Below, piece by piece: positions 28,868-32,000 of a stretch of DNA of 32,000 nucleotides; position 1 is the stretch's first letter, and each line of letters begins with the position of its first letter. A program made the position numbers and the translations under genes. The notes under the pieces are model-generated. The model saw nothing but the letters and a program-made list of their open reading frames with translations, did not search any database and was not told the DNA's origin. Source of the DNA: Escherichia coli (GTDB taxonomy: Bacteria > Pseudomonadota > Gammaproteobacteria > Enterobacterales > Enterobacteriaceae); assembly GCF_016889905.1 (NCBI RefSeq), contig NZ_CP069559.1; one strand, written 5' to 3'.

Positions 28868-30015
28868 CCTTTTTTCCCTCCACTGTTTTTGAGCGTCAGC
28901 ACCGGGCGCAGTCGCGCGACAGGAATAATTAACCCAGCCAGCACCAGACATTGCACCACGCTTTCAGCCGATTTATAGGCTTGTGGCGCTTCTTCAAAGA
29001 TGAGTTGTTTATCGCGACAAATTACCCGACTGCCAAGTTCAGTCCGCGAGAGTTGCGTCGCCGTGTATTTCGCTGCCAGACGCCCTTTACACTCGGTGCG
29101 CCCCCATTTACGCCCCGCCCCATGCGCCAGCGAGTGGAGCGTTTTTTCGTTCGCAACAGGTTTAACCAGCCAGGAGTAATCGCCGCGTGAACCGGGAATA
29201 ATCACCAGACCGTTGTCATCCGGCGTGGCGCCTTTACGATGCAACCAGCCCTGTTGATCGCCGATTTGGCACGCGCTAACAAAGTTATGCGCCACATCCA
29301 GAACTGGACTTCCGGTGGCCTTAACTTGTTGCATTATGCGCAAAGCGATCAGCTGGCGATTAATACGCGCAAACGCCAGCGCATCGTCATGTTCCGCAAT
29401 ATACCGTAGCGCGTCGTCACTGCCTTCAGGCAAACCATGATGCGAAAACGAGGCAATATGCCGCTGTAAAATAGACTGCCCCAATCCCCTCGAGCCGCTA
29501 TGAACCAGCAGTTGCAGATGCTGCGCATCCAGACCAGCCAGTGCAAACAGTTCCGCGTCGATAATTTGATCAATCTGTTGCAGTTCTGCGAAGTGGTTAC
29601 CGCCACCGATGGAGCCAAGCGAGTTGCGCCACGGATGCTGTGCAAATGCTGACGGCAGGTTTTCCTCCAGCCAGCTTTCTTCAGCAACGTCATCCAGATC
29701 TGATAATCGCTTTTCAAACTTATCGGCGTTGTATTTGCGAGCGAGAATATCTGTTTGCCATAGCGCCATGCCGCAGCCGATATCATTGCCGACCAGTGCC
29801 GGGTAAAAACGACCAACAGAGAATAACGCTGCGCCAATCGGGTAGCCGCGTCCGGGGTGTAAATCTGGCATCCCTACTACGCGCTGCATGTTGGGTAAAT
29901 TTGCCGTGGTGTGTAATTGTTGGATCGCTAAACTCTCGATCCACAGGTCATCAGATGCGATGGTAAATACCGCATCGGATAAGGGACGAATATATTTGCC
30001 CATGTACCATTCCAT
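28864..30015 (-). CDS. rtcB2: RtcB2-type RNA ligase
   Basis: 383 aa with [38 protein letters not shown] and [11 protein letters not shown] metal-site motifs of RtcB; ATGA overlap with prfH. Confidence 0.93.
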   Translation of the reverse strand: MEWYMGKYIRPLSDAVFTIASDDLWIESLAIQQLHTTANLPNMQRVVGMPDLHPGRGYPIGAALFSVGRFYPALVGNDIGCGMALWQTDILARKYNADKFEKRLSDLDDVAEESWLEENLPSAFAQHPWRNSLGSIGGGNHFAELQQIDQIIDAELFALAGLDAQHLQLLVHSGSRGLGQSILQRHIASFSHHGLPEGSDDALRYIAEHDDALAFARINRQLIALRIMQQVKATGSPVLDVAHNFVSACQIGDQQGWLHRKGATPDDNGLVIIPGSRGDYSWLVKPVANEKTLHSLAHGAGRKWGRTECKGRLAAKYTATQLSRTELGSRVICRDKQLIFEEAPQAYKSAESVVQCLVLAGLIIPVARLRPVLTLKNSGGKKG

Positions 30016-30193
30016 TTATGAATAAAAATCAGGAAATGGCAGACAAATCCAGGGCAAGAAAAAAAGAATTAATCCTGGAAAGGTCTGCAAAGAGTCATTG
30101 ATAAAGGATTTGTCATGATTTACCTCCTTGCAGTTTGTGGAATAAGAAAACGCGCACATACTAGACGGGCGTTATTTTCATTGCAAGCTGGAC

Positions 30194-30646
30194 TTAATGT
30201 TGCGGTTTATATCGCATATAAAAATTAGTAAACCACGTTCCCCGGCATTCAACGCGCTGCTGCTTAACTGTCTGAAAACCATAACGTTCAAAAAAGGGCT
30301 TTGCGGTTATGCTGGCGTCCTCCGTAAGTTCGGATTCAGACTTAATCAATGGTTTTAACAAAGCGCTGGCAACCCCGCGTCGGGTGTATTCCGGTTCAAC
30401 AAATAACATATCGATATAATGTCCAATGCAGGTAATAAAACCAACCGGTTGTGCATTAATGACTGCAACCCGCACTTGTGATTTCGCGAGTTTCTCCTTC
30501 CAGCGAGATTCGTCAATCTGCGCCCAGGCGGCAATTTGCTGTGGAGAATAGTGCTGACTCGCCGTCATCGTAACAGCTCGAAGGAAAATAGCGCATAGTT
30601 GCTGAAAATCACCAGGCTGATAGTTTCTTATTTGTATGTTATTCAT
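30194..30646 (-). CDS. yafP: GNAT-family acetyltransferase YafP
   Basis: [45 protein letters not shown]...[11 protein letters not shown]. Confidence 0.95.
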   Translation of the reverse strand: MNNIQIRNYQPGDFQQLCAIFLRAVTMTASQHYSPQQIAAWAQIDESRWKEKLAKSQVRVAVINAQPVGFITCIGHYIDMLFVEPEYTRRGVASALLKPLIKSESELTEDASITAKPFFERYGFQTVKQQRVECRGTWFTNFYMRYKPQH

Positions 30647-31698
30647 AATCCCAGCACCAGTTGTCTTTCCATTTGCGGGTCAAGCAACGTCACATGCAGC
30701 CCCACTAGTCGCACACCGCGCCCGCCGCGGCGTTCATCCCAGGTTTTACGCGCGGTGGCGATTAGATCAGATTTATTCAGCCGCGGCCAGACGTGTTCCT
30801 GGGTGGTTTGCTGAAAATCGTCGAACTTTAATTTCACCCCCTGGCGGGCAATCAGCAAATCAGGTTTTACCTTTGCCAAACGACGCTCCAGTTCAGGGTA
30901 AAGCCGCTCGATGATCGCTTCACATTCAGACCAGTGATGAATATCTTCCGCCATCGTACGTTCTACACCGACGGATTTTCGCAACCTTTCGCTGTTAACG
31001 TCGCGCTCGTCAATGCCCTGACTACGCTCCCACAAAATGCGGCCAAATTTGCCAAAACGTTTGAGCAGAGTCACCAGATCACACTTTTGCACATCACCGC
31101 AGGTTCGTAGCCCCATCGCTTCCAGTTTAGCCGCTGAGACTTTGCCGACGCCGGGAATTTTTGCCAGCGGTAAGGTTTGCAGAAATGCCGGAACCTCAGC
31201 CGGAGTAATCACAAACTGACCGTTGGGTTTATTCATGTCGGAGGCGATTTTGGCGAGAAACTTGACCGGCGCAACGCCCGCAGACGCCGTCAGTTGCAGC
31301 TCGTTGAAGATCGTCTGGCGGATTTCCTGGGCGATGAGGGTCGCAGAACCGTGGCAATGGACGCTATCGGTGACATCGAGATAGGCTTCATCCAGTGATA
31401 ACGGTTCAATGCGCGAGGTATAGCGCGAGAAAATTTCGCGGATATGATTTGAGGCTTCTTTGTAGGCGTCAAAGCGCCCTGGAAGCAAGGTGAGATGCGG
31501 GCATAATTTGAGCGCCATCCCTGTCGGCATAGCGCTACGTACGCCAAATTTACGCGCGGGATAATTGGCGGTGCTGATCACCCCCCGTCGTTCGCGGCTG
31601 CCGCCAATAGCAATAGGGATATCGCGCAGGGCGGGATTATCGCGCATCTCCACCGCTGCGAAAAAGCAGTCCATATCCACATGAATGATTTTACGCAT
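30643..31698 (-). CDS. dinB: DNA polymerase IV
   Basis: 351 aa [52 protein letters not shown]... Confidence 0.99.
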   Translation of the reverse strand: MRKIIHVDMDCFFAAVEMRDNPALRDIPIAIGGSRERRGVISTANYPARKFGVRSAMPTGMALKLCPHLTLLPGRFDAYKEASNHIREIFSRYTSRIEPLSLDEAYLDVTDSVHCHGSATLIAQEIRQTIFNELQLTASAGVAPVKFLAKIASDMNKPNGQFVITPAEVPAFLQTLPLAKIPGVGKVSAAKLEAMGLRTCGDVQKCDLVTLLKRFGKFGRILWERSQGIDERDVNSERLRKSVGVERTMAEDIHHWSECEAIIERLYPELERRLAKVKPDLLIARQGVKLKFDDFQQTTQEHVWPRLNKSDLIATARKTWDERRGGRGVRLVGLHVTLLDPQMERQLVLGL

Positions 31699-31714
31699 TG
31701 CTCACCTCTCAACA

Positions 31715-31730
31715 CTGGTAAAGTATACAG
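31715..31730. promoter_or_regulatory. LexA box of dinB
   Basis: CTGGTAAAGTATACAG, reverse complement CTGTATACTTTACCAG, immediately upstream of dinB. Confidence 0.9.
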
Positions 31731-31768
31731 TGATTTCAGGGTTTGAGAAATGCGTAAAGATTCAGCAT

Positions 31769-32000
31769 TTAACGCGCTCGCTGCGAAAGCACCTGCTGCT
31801 TATCCAGCTTTTGCACCAGCGGCTGCACCACTTTATCCCCATGCTGACCAAAGTATTGATACAGCGTATCGGACGCACTTTTGGTCAGCACCATAATCTC
31901 AATGCGCCGGTTGCCCGCGCTTTGCGGATTTTTGGCATCCAGCAGCATCTGGTCCGCCATTGCGCTTACCTGCATCACTTTATCTTCCGGCATTCCAGCC
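31769..32000 (-). CDS. lafU: LfhA/LafU (MotB-like, Flag-2 remnant) C-terminal part, truncated by window edge
   Basis: ...MPEDKVMQVSAMADQMLLDAKNPQSAGNRRIEIMVLTKSASDTLYQYFGQHGDKVVQPLVQKLDKQQVLSQRAR; OmpA/MotB-like NRRIEI, located upstream of dinB. Confidence 0.85.
   Translation of the reverse strand, partial: AGMPEDKVMQVSAMADQMLLDAKNPQSAGNRRIEIMVLTKSASDTLYQYFGQHGDKVVQPLVQKLDKQQVLSQRAR

Noticed and set aside
25894-29966. Opposite-strand ORFs over gpt, pepD, rtcB2 and prfH
   Set aside because: Shadow frames of core metabolic or repair genes.

Overview
E. coli-type chromosome window. 1..~20,283 is an integrated phage-like element next to tRNA-Thr thrW; its distal end is off the left edge. 20,284..32,000 is core genome: thrW, proA, proB, phoE, crl, frsA, gpt, pepD, prfH, rtcB2-like, yafP, dinB and the end of the lfhA/lafU remnant. 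The element is a hybrid. It has a P4/CP4-type integrase, an AlpA-like regulator, an AntA/AntB antirepressor, a DUF4222-like protein, an Ash/Icd-like overlapping gene cluster and a P4-type zinc-finger/toprim primase. It also has an isolated P22-like ejection cassette in the order gp14-gp7-gp20-gp16, with no terminase, portal, coat or scaffold genes in the visible part. Main points for follow-up: (1) a divergent two-gene cassette, a ~318 aa soluble protein plus a 145 aa multi-TM protein, whose architecture and a few motifs resemble lambda RexAB and which is a candidate anti-phage system; (2) two near-identical iteron islands (GTTGGTTCA/TGAACCAAC) in inverted orientation ~9.5 kb apart, resembling the bipartite ori/crr arrangement of P4; (3) a canonical LexA box (CTGTATAAAACAACAG) at the promoter of the ejection-protein operon; (4) a 3-copy CGCGCGCGTACTTGTC motif; (5) nested, frame-overlapping Ash/Icd-like genes; (6) an intact prfH-rtcB2 pair and a dinB-yafP operon lacking yafNO. 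All homology calls are from sequence inspection and memory; no database search was run.
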